Positions 16,464-25,599 are shown, counted from the first letter of the stretch. The stretch is 64,000 nt of DNA from an uncultured Thermoleophilia bacterium (GCA_963713475.1 CAVQLY010000007.1:64834-128833); one strand, 5' to 3'. The notes: generated from the sequence alone by a model not told the origin. Made by a program: numbers and translations.

Positions 16464-17324
16464 CTAGAGGTTGAGGCGCACGCCGTCGACGTAGCTGAGG
16501 CTGCGTCCGGCGCGCTCGATATTGGGGTAGCCTTCGCGCGCCATGATGAGCCGCTCGACGCCGAAGCCGAGGCCCACCCACGGGTCGACGATGCCCCAGT
16601 TGCTGTCGAGGGGGTGGGGGCCGAGGCCGGCGGAGCACACCTCGGCGCCGTTCACGAGCACGTCGACCATCTCGCCGTACACCTCGGACTCGGTCACCTC
16701 GAGCTCGTAGTGCGCGATGCCCGCCGCGCGCATGACCAGTGACGCGAGCTCGACGAGCCGTGTGCGCCCCTCGCTCTCGGGCCTGCCGAGCTCGACGAGG
16801 TTGAGCATCGTGAACTCGTTGAGGTGGCTGGCGCCCTTGCTGTCGCGGCGGAAGCAGGGGCCGATCTCGAAGATGCCGAACGGCTTGCTCCAGTTGCGGT
16901 CGAGGCGCCGCAGCAGCGTGTACAGGTTCGGCGCCAGCATGGGCCGCAGGCAGCGGCCGTCCTCGAGCCAGAACACCTGGTCGCGCAGGGGATGGCCGTG
17001 CTCGATGCCCATCTTGCGCAGGGAGTCCGAGGCGATGATCAGCGGCGTGGCGACGCGCACGAAGCCGGCGTCGGTGAGGGCATCGCTGAGAACGCGCTCG
17101 AGCTCGATCAGCTGCGGCGCGCGCCTGCCGGCGCGCAGGTCCTTGAGCCGCTGCCGGCCGTCCTTCACGAGCTCGCCCTCGAGGCGCTTGAAGGCGGCGT
17201 CGCGCAGCTGGACGTCGGCGAACAACTCGTCGAGGACGAGCGGGTCGGCGCCGAGCTCGCGCAGCCGCTGCGACTGCGTCGCCGTGAGGCGAATGCGGAG
17301 GGCTTCGGCTTCGTCGGGCGTCAT
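16464..17324 (-). CDS. pylSc: PylSc, catalytic domain of pyrrolysyl-tRNA synthetase (bacterial split type)
   Basis: ..CLRPMLAPNLYTLLRRLDR..IFEIGPCFRRDSKGASHLNEFTMLNLVELG.., ..IVDPWVGLGFGVERLIMAREG.., C-terminus ..RSLSYVDGVRLNL closely parallel Desulfitobacterium/Methanosarcina PylS. ATG 17324 has a GAGGAGGAGG RBS and overlaps the amidase stop (ATGA). Ends in TAG. Confidence 0.9.
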   Translation of the reverse strand: MTPDEAEALRIRLTATQSQRLRELGADPLVLDELFADVQLRDAAFKRLEGELVKDGRQRLKDLRAGRRAPQLIELERVLSDALTDAGFVRVATPLIIASDSLRKMGIEHGHPLRDQVFWLEDGRCLRPMLAPNLYTLLRRLDRNWSKPFGIFEIGPCFRRDSKGASHLNEFTMLNLVELGRPESEGRTRLVELASLVMRAAGIAHYELEVTESEVYGEMVDVLVNGAEVCSAGLGPHPLDSNWGIVDPWVGLGFGVERLIMAREGYPNIERAGRSLSYVDGVRLNL

Positions 17325-18412
17325 GACGCCTCCTCCTCGTCCGCGAGTGGAGCGCGCGCGAGATAGTCGGCGAAGCCGCCGGCGAGCGCGCGCGCCAGTC
17401 GTTCGACGTGCTCCGGCCGGCGCGCCAGCGCCTCGTCCTCGGAGCTGGTGAGGAACAAGGGCTCGACCACGAGAGCGATGCCGCGGGCCTCGCGGAGCAG
17501 GGCGTAGTTGCGCCCGAACCGGCCCAGCCACGGCACGCCGGCGGCCTCCATGCGGGCGCCGATGGAACCCGCCAGCCGGCGCCCGTGTTCGGAGTAGTAG
17601 TGGCTGCGCTGGAAGTAGTAGCCGGCGGCGCCGCAGGCAGCCGGCGACGGCGCCTGGTTGCAGTGCAGCGAGAGGAAGAAGTCGGACGCGTTGCCGTTGG
17701 CCGCCTCGGCGCGCGCGTAGAGCGGCACGCGCTCGTCCGCGTCGCGCGTGAGCTGCACGCGGCAGCCCTCCGCGCGCAGCAGCTCGGCGAGCCGCAGGCC
17801 GAGCGCCAGCGCCACGTCCTTCTCGGCGAGGCCTCGCGCCGAGACGACGCCGGTGTCGGCGCCGCCGTGGCCCGGGTCGATGGTCACCGACTGGCCGGTG
17901 AGGCCGCGGGCGGCGACGTAGCCGCGGTCGCGCTCGGGGATCTTCTTGCCCTCGCGACCCGACTCGGCCTTGCGCACGGCCTCGAGCTTCGTGAGGGTGC
18001 TCTCGCCGACGATGCCGTCCGCCGGGAGGCCGGCGTTGCGCTGGAAGTCCAGCACGGCGCGCTCGACCTCGTCGTCGTGCACGCCGCGCTCGGGTCCGGC
18101 GTTGAACCCGAGCAGGTTGAGCTTGACCTGGAGCTGGAGGACGTCGTCGCCGCGGAACGGCGGTTCGCGCAGGTAGAGCAGGCGGTCGCCGAGCGCGTAG
18201 CCGGACTCCACCATCTCGCGCCAGGTGTTGGCGCCGACCCGCCCGTCGGCGAGCAGGCCGCGTTCCTGCTGGAACGAGAGGACCGCGGTCTCGGTGTGCG
18301 GGCCGAAGAAGCCGTCCACGCCTTCTCGGCCCAGCTCGAAGCCTTGCCCGCGCAAGCGGGTCTGGACGTCGAGGACTTCTTTGCCGCGGTCGCCGCGTGA
18401 AAGGTCGCGCAC
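17321..18412 (-). CDS. N-acetylmuramoyl-L-alanine amidase (two PG-binding domains plus Amidase_3 domain)
   Basis: Two GxxVxxLQxxLxxLGF-type repeats (KEVLDVQTRLRGQGF, DDVLQLQVKLNLLGF). C-terminal ..VTIDPGHGGADTG..FLSLHCN.. amidase_3 motifs. Confidence 0.8.
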   Translation of the reverse strand: MRDLSRGDRGKEVLDVQTRLRGQGFELGREGVDGFFGPHTETAVLSFQQERGLLADGRVGANTWREMVESGYALGDRLLYLREPPFRGDDVLQLQVKLNLLGFNAGPERGVHDDEVERAVLDFQRNAGLPADGIVGESTLTKLEAVRKAESGREGKKIPERDRGYVAARGLTGQSVTIDPGHGGADTGVVSARGLAEKDVALALGLRLAELLRAEGCRVQLTRDADERVPLYARAEAANGNASDFFLSLHCNQAPSPAACGAAGYYFQRSHYYSEHGRRLAGSIGARMEAAGVPWLGRFGRNYALLREARGIALVVEPLFLTSSEDEALARRPEHVERLARALAGGFADYLARAPLADEEEAS

Positions 18413-18529
18413 CGGTGACTCCTGGTCGCTTCCGGGGGTTCTTGGGCCCCCGATTCTATACGACTGACCCTCGAAGCGGAGTCAGCGGGCGGTGCCGCAG
18501 GAGACCGCAGCGAGCGTGCACCGAGCCAG

Positions 18530-19378
18530 TCAGATGCCCATGCCCGAGCGCACGCCCGCGAGGACCAGGATGATCACGCCGACGCCGATCACGATGCGGT
18601 AGATGACGAAGATGTTGAAGTTGTGCCGCTTGAGGTAGGCGAGTACGAACCAGATGGCCGCGATGCCGCTCAGGGCGGCCGCGACCATCCCGACGGCGAA
18701 CGGCATGGCGGTGCCCGACGGGAGCCCGTCCTTCGCGATCTGCAGCCCCTTGAAGGCGGCGGCTCCGCCGATGACGGGGATGCTCATGAGGAACGAGTAG
18801 CGTGCCGCCGATTCGCGGTCGAGGCGCAGGAGCAGGCCCGTCATCATCGTGATGCCGGAGCGCGAGACGCCGGGCAGGAGCGCCAGGGCCTGCGCGACGC
18901 CGATGAGGACCGCGTCGAACCAGCTGAGAGCCTCGAGGTCGCGGTCGAGCTTCGCGATGTGGTCGATGAGGTACATGAAGCCGGCGAAGACGATCATCGC
19001 CACGCCGATCATCCACGGCTTGCCGAGCGTGTTGGTGATGAAGTCCTCGAACAGGACGCCCACGATCGCCGCCGGGATCGTGCTGACGATGAGGAGCCAC
19101 GCCAGCTTGCTCTCCGGCTCGGCGAGGCTGCGCCTGGAGATGCTCCGCACCCAGGCGCCGATGAGCCGCCCGATCTCCCGCCAGAAGTAGATGACGACGG
19201 CGACGAACGTGCCCAGGTGCAGGGCGACGTCGAACGTCTTGTTCAAGTCCGGGTTCTCGAGCAGGAAGTGCCAGTTGAACAGCCACGGGACGAGGAGCAG
19301 GTGGCCGGAGCTCGAGATGGGCAGGAACTCGGTCAGGCCCTGGACGATACCCAGGATGATCGCCTGGAGGACGGTCAT
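18530..19378 (-). CDS. uppP: Undecaprenyl-diphosphate phosphatase
   Basis: ..GIVQGLTEFLPISSSGHL.. and ..PGVSRSGITM.. BacA/UppP motifs. 282 aa polytopic membrane protein. Confidence 0.9.
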   Translation of the reverse strand: MTVLQAIILGIVQGLTEFLPISSSGHLLLVPWLFNWHFLLENPDLNKTFDVALHLGTFVAVVIYFWREIGRLIGAWVRSISRRSLAEPESKLAWLLIVSTIPAAIVGVLFEDFITNTLGKPWMIGVAMIVFAGFMYLIDHIAKLDRDLEALSWFDAVLIGVAQALALLPGVSRSGITMMTGLLLRLDRESAARYSFLMSIPVIGGAAAFKGLQIAKDGLPSGTAMPFAVGMVAAALSGIAAIWFVLAYLKRHNFNIFVIYRIVIGVGVIILVLAGVRSGMGI

Positions 19379-19496
19379 GGTGCTCCTTCACGTGAGACAG
19401 CCGCCCGGCGCCGGAGCCGGGCGGCGTTTAGAGCACGGTATACCTTGAGGGCACGACAGGCGAGCGCGGCGACGTCCGCGCGGAGAGGTGGGAGCG

Positions 19497-19913
19497 ATGG
19501 CACGCAGCGAACCGGTGAACGTGACCTGGAAGCACGAAGGTCTGCTCTTCGAGGCGACGACGCCGCACGGCCGCGTCGACCTGGCCTCGGGGCTGGACGA
19601 GCCCGGCAACGGCGCGACGCCGATGGAGTTGCTGGCGACGTCGCTCGGCGCCTGCACCGCCATGGACGTCGCCTCGATCCTCGTCAAGATGCGCCAGCCG
19701 CTCGAGGCGTTCAGCGTCGAGGTCGGCGGGGAGCGGGCGGAGGACCACCCCAAGCGGTTCCTCTCGCTCGAGGTGGTCTACCACCTCAAGGGCGACCTCG
19801 ACGAGCGCAAGGTGGAGCGCGCGATCTCGCTGTCGGAAGAGCGCTACTGCTCGGTCGAGGCTACGCTGAGGCCCGCCGTGCCCATCACATCGAGGTACGT
19901 CATCGAGCGCTGA
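19497..19913 (+). CDS. OsmC/Ohr-family protein
   Basis: ..GATPMELLATSLGACTAMDV.. and ..SEERYCSVEATL.. two conserved Cys regions. ATG 19497 preferred over track start 19488. Confidence 0.75.
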   Translation: MARSEPVNVTWKHEGLLFEATTPHGRVDLASGLDEPGNGATPMELLATSLGACTAMDVASILVKMRQPLEAFSVEVGGERAEDHPKRFLSLEVVYHLKGDLDERKVERAISLSEERYCSVEATLRPAVPITSRYVIER

Positions 19914-19999
19914 GCGGTTAGCACTCCACGCACCGTGTTTACAGGAGAAGGGCCTGAAGATAGTATCGGCCCGAAGTATTCCTGCTGAGGGGATGGTGC

Positions 20000-20707
20000 G
20001 TGGACCGCGATCACGAGCTGTCGGCAGTCCTGGCCGACGATACCCGCTACCACATCTACCGCTGGATCGCCGAACAGCCGGGGACGGACGTCACCGTAGC
20101 CGACGTCGCCGCTGAGTTCGGCCTGCATCCCAACGTCGCCCGCATGCATCTCGCCAAGCTCGAGCAGGCGGGGTTCCTGGTCACCGGCTTCCGCCGCGCA
20201 CCCGGGGGCGGCCGGCCGGCGAAGCTGTACCGGCTGAGCGACAAGGTCGTGACCTTCGGGTTCCCCCCTCGCCGCTACGAACTGCTCTCCCGCCTCGCGC
20301 TCGACGCACTCTCGGCCGGCGGCACGCGTGACGACGCGGTGCGCGTCTGCCGGGAGGCCGGCGTCGCGGAAGGTCGTCGCGCCCTGGCCGGAGACTCCGA
20401 GCCGCCGCGCGATCGCGCGGCGGCGAGCGCCCTCGTCGCGCAGATCGCCGAGGAGCAGGGCCTGCTCCCGGAGGTCGCCTGGCAGGACGGCTCGCTGCGC
20501 GTCGTCGTCAACAACTGCAGCTTCCGTGAGCTCTCCGGCGCCGACCCCGACCTGGTGTGCGCCATGCACCGGGCGTTTCTCGAAGGCATCATCCAGGTGG
20601 TCACCGCGGGTCTCGGGAGACTCGCGATCGCTCCGGACGACTGCCGGATCAGCTGCGGCGGCGAGCGCTGCGAGCTGCTGTGCTCCTTCGCGCCGGGCGA
20701 GGAGTGA
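20000..20707 (+). CDS. Winged-helix (ArsR-like) transcriptional regulator with C-terminal Cys-rich sensor domain
   Basis: ..TRYHIYRWIAE..VTVADVAAEFGLHPNVARMHLAKLEQAGFLV..GGGRPAKLYRL.. wHTH. C-terminal CSFRE..VCAMH..CGGERCELLC. Confidence 0.6.
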   Translation: MDRDHELSAVLADDTRYHIYRWIAEQPGTDVTVADVAAEFGLHPNVARMHLAKLEQAGFLVTGFRRAPGGGRPAKLYRLSDKVVTFGFPPRRYELLSRLALDALSAGGTRDDAVRVCREAGVAEGRRALAGDSEPPRDRAAASALVAQIAEEQGLLPEVAWQDGSLRVVVNNCSFRELSGADPDLVCAMHRAFLEGIIQVVTAGLGRLAIAPDDCRISCGGERCELLCSFAPGEE

Positions 20708-20762
20708 GAGAAGCCCGCAGCCGGGTAGTGTACGGGCGCACCCGCAGCACACGGAGGACGCC

Positions 20763-21119
20763 CTGACCATCGAAGAAGCCATCCGCGATCTGCTCGACGT
20801 CTCGACCGACATCGCGTCGGTCGCCGTCGTGAACGCGTCCGGGACTGTGGTCGCCGCCGGGCCCGCCGCCGCAGGCGAGCGGGCCTCGCAGGCGATCGCG
20901 GCGCTCTGGGACGCGGCGAGCAGCCGCACCGGGCACGCCGGCGTGGCCGGCCTCGAGCACGTGGTCGTGCCGCTGGCCGACGGCGTCGTCGCCGCCGTGG
21001 AGGCGTACGGCCACCGTGCCGTCGCCGTCACGGGTCCGCGGCCTGCCGTCGCCCTGCTGCTGTTCGACCTGCGCACCTGCCTCGGCGACGCGTTCGCCGG
21101 CGGGGAGGAGGCGCAGTGA
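20763..21119 (+). CDS. Possible Roadblock/LC7-like small protein (start uncertain, CTG after GGAGGA)
   Basis: Coding-like composition in the 20328 frame. ..DIASVAVVNASGTVVAAG..HVVVPLADGVVAAVEAYGHRAVAVTG..LLLFDLRTCL.. resembles Roadblock-fold proteins. No ATG/GTG start nearby. Confidence 0.35.
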   Translation: MTIEEAIRDLLDVSTDIASVAVVNASGTVVAAGPAAAGERASQAIAALWDAASSRTGHAGVAGLEHVVVPLADGVVAAVEAYGHRAVAVTGPRPAVALLLFDLRTCLGDAFAGGEEAQ

Positions 21120-21331
21120 GGGCGCGCAACGTCGCTTTCGCCGCCGCCGCGGCCGGCGCCGTCGCCGGCCTCGTCTGGTGGCGCCGGCGCTCTTCCCGCA
21201 CTCCGGAGCGCGTCGTGCAGCTCGGCCTGGACGACGGTTCGGTGCAGATGCTGGACCGTTCCGATCCCTTGACCATCGAACTCGAGACGCTGGCCGCAGG
21301 CGTCCGTGACACGCTCACCGGAGGCACCTGA
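21116..21331 (+). CDS. Small hypothetical membrane-anchored protein
   Basis: GTGA overlap with the upstream ORF and TGATG overlap with tldD. N-terminal hydrophobic segment AFAAAAAGAVAGLVWW. Confidence 0.35.
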   Translation: MRARNVAFAAAAAGAVAGLVWWRRRSSRTPERVVQLGLDDGSVQMLDRSDPLTIELETLAAGVRDTLTGGT

Positions 21332-22731
21332 TGGACCTCGCAACGTTCGACACCGGCCTTCTGCAGGCCACGATCCAGCGGGCCCTGCGCCGCGGTGGTG
21401 ATTTCGCCGAGGTCTTCGTGGAAGACCGCGACAGCCTCGGCTTGCGCCTCGAGGACGGGCGCATCGAACAGACCAGCGGCGGCCGTGAGACCGGCGCCGC
21501 CGTCCGGCTCCTCTCGGGCGAGCGCACCTACTACGCCTACAGCGACGCCGTCGACGAGGCCGGGCTCACCGCTGCGGCCGACGCCGTCGCCGCCGCGGTG
21601 AGCGCCGGCGCGCAAGGCCCCGAGATCGTCCATCTCGGGGCCGTCCGCGCCGATCCGGGCAAGAACCCGGTGCTCACGCCGCCCGGTGACGTCGCCATCG
21701 CGCGCAAAGCCCTCCTGGTCCGCGCCGGTGACGAGGCCGCAAGGTCGGTCTCGGACGAGATCGTCCAGGCGATCGCCGGCTACGGCGACACCCGCCAGAA
21801 GGTGCTCATCGCGAACTCCCTCGGCGACCTCGTCTACGACGATCGCACGCGCACGCGGTTCACGGTGCAGGTCGTGGCCCGTCGCGGCGAAGTCATCCAG
21901 ACGGGCCACGAAGCGGTGGGCGGCAGCGCCGGCTTCGAGCTCGTGGACGAAGAGATCGCCCGGACCGTCGCCCGCACCGCGGCCGAGAAGGCGCGCGTCA
22001 TGCTCGACAGCAAGCCCGCGCCGGTCGGCGCCATGCCGGTCGTGCTCGCGAACGGGTTCGGCGGCACTCTCTTCCACGAGGCCTGCGGCCACGGGCTGGA
22101 GGCCGACGCCATCGCCAAGGGCGCCAGCATCTACGACGGCAAGATGGGCGAGATCGTGGCCGCGGACATCGTCAGCGCCTACGACGAGGGCTCGATCACC
22201 AACGGCTGGGGCTCCCAGGCGTTCGACGACGAGGGTGTGCCGACGCAGAAGACGATGGTCATCGAGGACGGCCGGCTGACCGGCTACCTCTACGACCGCC
22301 TGCGCGCCCGCGAGGCGGGCGCCGCCCCCACGGGGAACGGGCGGCGCCAGTCGTTCCGCCACGTGCCCATCCCGCGCATGACCACCACGTACATCGCGCC
22401 CGGGCAGATGGACCCGGACGAGATCATCGCGGCGACGCCGAGAGGCTTCTACGCCAAGAGCCTGGCCGGCGGCCAGGTCGAGCCTGCCAGCGGCAACTTC
22501 GTCTTCGGCGTCGCCGAGGGCTACCTGATCGAGGACGGCAAGCTCACGACGCCGCTGCGCGGGGCCACCCTCGTCGGCAACGGCATCGACATCCTGATGA
22601 AGATCGACATGATCGCCGGCGACTTCGACGTCAAGACCGGCGTCTGCGGCAAGGACGGCCAGGGCGTGCCTGTCGGCACCGGCCAGGCCACCCTGCGCAT
22701 CGCGGAGATGACGGTGGGAGGGACGGGCTGA
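21331..22731 (+). CDS. tldD: Metalloprotease TldD
   Basis: TldD/PmbA fold with HExxxGH motif (FHEACGHGLEAD). 466 aa. Confidence 0.85.
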   Translation: MDLATFDTGLLQATIQRALRRGGDFAEVFVEDRDSLGLRLEDGRIEQTSGGRETGAAVRLLSGERTYYAYSDAVDEAGLTAAADAVAAAVSAGAQGPEIVHLGAVRADPGKNPVLTPPGDVAIARKALLVRAGDEAARSVSDEIVQAIAGYGDTRQKVLIANSLGDLVYDDRTRTRFTVQVVARRGEVIQTGHEAVGGSAGFELVDEEIARTVARTAAEKARVMLDSKPAPVGAMPVVLANGFGGTLFHEACGHGLEADAIAKGASIYDGKMGEIVAADIVSAYDEGSITNGWGSQAFDDEGVPTQKTMVIEDGRLTGYLYDRLRAREAGAAPTGNGRRQSFRHVPIPRMTTTYIAPGQMDPDEIIAATPRGFYAKSLAGGQVEPASGNFVFGVAEGYLIEDGKLTTPLRGATLVGNGIDILMKIDMIAGDFDVKTGVCGKDGQGVPVGTGQATLRIAEMTVGGTG

Positions 22732-24071
22732 TGTTCGAGATCCTCGACGCCGTGCTGGAGCGCGCCCAGGCGCGCGGCGCGGCAGACGTGGAAGTCTACG
22801 GCGAGCGTTCCACCTCGCACCGCATCAAGGTGTACCGCCAGGAGGTCGAGCAGCTCACGGCGGCGCAACGCCGCGGCGTGGGCGTGCGCGTCTTCTCCGG
22901 CGGCGCGGTGGGCCACGCCTACACCTCCGACCTGAGCGACGGCGGGCTCGACGACCTCGTCCAGCGTGCCACGGACAATGCCGCGGTGAGCGACCCGGAC
23001 GAGTTCGCCGCCCTTCCGCAGCCCGCCGGCGAACCCGCCGACGTGCACCCGTTCGATCCCCGGCTCGAGGCGGCGACCGACGAGCAGCGCATCGCCGTGG
23101 CGCTCGAGGTCGAGGCGACCGCCCTGGCCGCCGATCCGCGCGTCAAGACCGTCGAGGACACCATGTACGTCGACGGCGACGGTGAGGTGTTCCTGGCGAG
23201 TACGGCCGGTGTGCGCGGCAGCTTCCGCGCCGGCCAGTGCTACGCCTTCGCGTACGTGCTCGCCGAGCAGGAGGGCCAGGTCGAGACCGGCTACTCCTAC
23301 AGCGTGGGGCGCGCGGTGGAGGACCTGGATCCCGCGGCCGTCGGCAACGAGGCCACCGGGCGCGCCACCCGCCTGCTCGGCGCGAAGAAGTGCCCGTCGA
23401 TGAAGGCGCCGGTGATCCTCGACCCGTTCGTCTCGGCGGCGTTCTTCGGCGTGCTCAGCTCGGCGCTGACCGCCGACGCCGTGCAGAAGGGCCGCTCGCT
23501 GTTCGCCGGGCGCGAGGGCGAGCGCGTCGCCGGCGAACTCCTCGAGCTCGTCGACGACGGCACGCTCGAGGACGGTCTCGACAGCGCGCCGTTCGACGGT
23601 GAGGGCGTGCCCTGCGGGCGCACGCCGCTCATCACCGGCGGTGTGCTCCAGGGCTTCCTCTACGACACCTACACGGGCCGCAAGGCCGGCCGCGCCAGCA
23701 CCGGCAACGGCATGCGCGGCGGCTACTCCGGCCTCCCGGGCGTGCGCCCCAGCAACCTCGTGATCTCCGGTCCGGCGACGCCGCTCGACGAGATCGTCGC
23801 CGGCATGGAGAAAGGCGTCCTCGTCACCGACGCCGTCGGCATCCACTCCGGCGCCAACCCCATCTCCGGCGAGTTCTCCGTGGGTATCAGCGGGGTCCTC
23901 ATCGAGAACGGGAAGTTCACGACGCCGGTGCGGGAGGTCACGCTCGCCGGCGACATCGTGGGGATGCTCACCAGCATCCGCGCACTCGGCGACGACGCGC
24001 GCTGGGTGCCCGGGGGCAGCATCTTCACGCCGTCCGTCGTCATCGACGGGATGGCCATCGGCGGCACCTGA
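22731..24071 (+). CDS. pmbA: TldE/PmbA partner of TldD
   Basis: TldD/PmbA-family sequence without HExxxH. Start overlaps the tldD stop. 446 aa. Confidence 0.8.
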   Translation: MFEILDAVLERAQARGAADVEVYGERSTSHRIKVYRQEVEQLTAAQRRGVGVRVFSGGAVGHAYTSDLSDGGLDDLVQRATDNAAVSDPDEFAALPQPAGEPADVHPFDPRLEAATDEQRIAVALEVEATALAADPRVKTVEDTMYVDGDGEVFLASTAGVRGSFRAGQCYAFAYVLAEQEGQVETGYSYSVGRAVEDLDPAAVGNEATGRATRLLGAKKCPSMKAPVILDPFVSAAFFGVLSSALTADAVQKGRSLFAGREGERVAGELLELVDDGTLEDGLDSAPFDGEGVPCGRTPLITGGVLQGFLYDTYTGRKAGRASTGNGMRGGYSGLPGVRPSNLVISGPATPLDEIVAGMEKGVLVTDAVGIHSGANPISGEFSVGISGVLIENGKFTTPVREVTLAGDIVGMLTSIRALGDDARWVPGGSIFTPSVVIDGMAIGGT

Positions 24072-24186
24072 TCGACCAGCGTAGCCGGGTCGACTGGGGG
24101 TGCGCCGCAGGCTCACCGGCTATAAGGTCTGTCCGACGCGGCGCGCCCGGCGCGCCGGTGACCTGCAGTGGACCGAAAGGGAGCCC

Positions 24187-24717
24187 ATGAGCGATCTCGG
24201 CCAGCGCCTGCTCGACGCCAGTTACCTCGAGGGCGATTTCGTCCTCCGGTCCGGACGTCGCAGCAAGTTCTACCTCGACAAGTACCTCTTCTCGACGCAG
24301 CCTGACCTGCTGCGCGACATCGCCGCCGGCCTCGCGGAGAAGCTGCCGGCCTACGAGCCGTTCGACCTGCTCGCAGGGCCCGAGCTCGGCGCGGTCGCCA
24401 TCGTCGCCGCCGTCTCGCTCGCCAGCGGCAAGCCGTTCGTCATCGTGCGCAAGGGCGCCAAGGGCTACGGCACCGACAAGGCGATGGAAGGCAAGGCCGA
24501 GCCCGGCCAGAAGGTCGTCATGGTCGAGGACGTGGTCACGTCCGGCGGCGCCGCCCTCATGGCTGCCGACAAGCTGCGCGAGGCCGGCCTCGACGTCGGC
24601 GCGCTGCTCTGCGTGGTGGACCGCGAAGAGGGCGGCCGCGAGCAGATCGAGGCCAAGGGTCTCACCTTCGACCCGCTCTTCACGCTGACGTCGCTGGGCG
24701 TCAAGAAGCCGGAGTAG
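24187..24717 (+). CDS. pyrE: Orotate phosphoribosyltransferase
   Basis: ..FVLRSGRRSKFYLD.. and PRPP loop ..VVMVEDVVTSGGA... ATG 24187 preferred over track start 24100. Ends in TAG. Confidence 0.85.
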   Translation: MSDLGQRLLDASYLEGDFVLRSGRRSKFYLDKYLFSTQPDLLRDIAAGLAEKLPAYEPFDLLAGPELGAVAIVAAVSLASGKPFVIVRKGAKGYGTDKAMEGKAEPGQKVVMVEDVVTSGGAALMAADKLREAGLDVGALLCVVDREEGGREQIEAKGLTFDPLFTLTSLGVKKPE

Positions 24718-24754
24718 CCGGTCGGGCGGGACGGATCCGCCCACCCGAACGCAG

Positions 24755-24789
24755 CGAGGGGGCGGGCTGCACGGCAGCCCGCCCCCTCG
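24755..24789. terminator. Bidirectional stem-loop between convergent pyrE and a lipoprotein gene
   Basis: 16-bp perfect stem CGAGGGGGCGGGCTGC / GCAGCCCGCCCCCTCG, 3-nt loop. Confidence 0.55.
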
Positions 24790-24829
24790 GCGTCTCTCGT
24801 CCCGGGCCGGGCTGCGCCCGGCCGGCCCC

Positions 24830-25465
24830 TCATTTCACCGTGAACGACTGCACGGCGGCCTCGAGGTCGCCCTTGATGGCGTCCCACTGGTCGCTCGTCG
24901 CCTGCGCGGTGATCTGGTACTCGTACTTCCCCTTGAACAGGAAGAAGGTGACGGCCGTCAGGTCCTGGCCGTCTTCGGTGTACGTGTACTTGAAGGCGAA
25001 GCCGGGCACGCCGTTGACCTTGACGGGACTCAGCTTCTCGACCACCTTGCTGTCGGGGAGCGAGCCCATGAGCTGGTCGACGATCCCCTGCAGTTCGGTC
25101 TTGACCTGCTTGACCTCGGACGGCTTGAGCTCCCGCGCCAGCTCGTAGACCGACGTCTGGACCGCGTTCACGTAGCGGTCCGACACCACGGGCCCCTTCT
25201 TGTCCGCGAAGATCACGTCGAGCACCGAGCTGCCGCCGGCGCCGGTACCCTCCACCGGCTCACCCTGCGTGAGCTTGTCGGCGTACGTGATCGAGAACCC
25301 GTACTGGTCGTTGGTGTACGTCTTGGTGGACGTGGTCGTCCCGCCGTCGCTGCTGGACGGGCTGCTGCTGTCGCCGGTGCTCACGCTCGCGCTACAGCCC
25401 GCGAGTGCGAGCGCCAGCCCGGCGATGACCAGGCCGGACGCGATGTACCTGCGGATGCGGTGCAC
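24830..25465 (-). CDS. Lipoprotein, PsbP-like/unknown function
   Basis: GTG 25465 after GGGAGGA. Signal peptide with lipobox LALAGC, then an S/T-rich linker and an alpha/beta domain. Confidence 0.55.
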   Translation of the reverse strand: MHRIRRYIASGLVIAGLALALAGCSASVSTGDSSSPSSSDGGTTTSTKTYTNDQYGFSITYADKLTQGEPVEGTGAGGSSVLDVIFADKKGPVVSDRYVNAVQTSVYELARELKPSEVKQVKTELQGIVDQLMGSLPDSKVVEKLSPVKVNGVPGFAFKYTYTEDGQDLTAVTFFLFKGKYEYQITAQATSDQWDAIKGDLEAAVQSFTVK

Positions 25466-25599
25466 GGTGGTTCCTCCCTCGCTCGTGATGTCCCGGGCAG
25501 TCTTCGCGCGCCCCGCGAGGACTCCTCTGGGAGTGATGTCGGCCGGCGAGCCCTCGTTCTTGATGTCCCGCGGCCCCGGAGCGGCCCCGAGGCCGCCTC

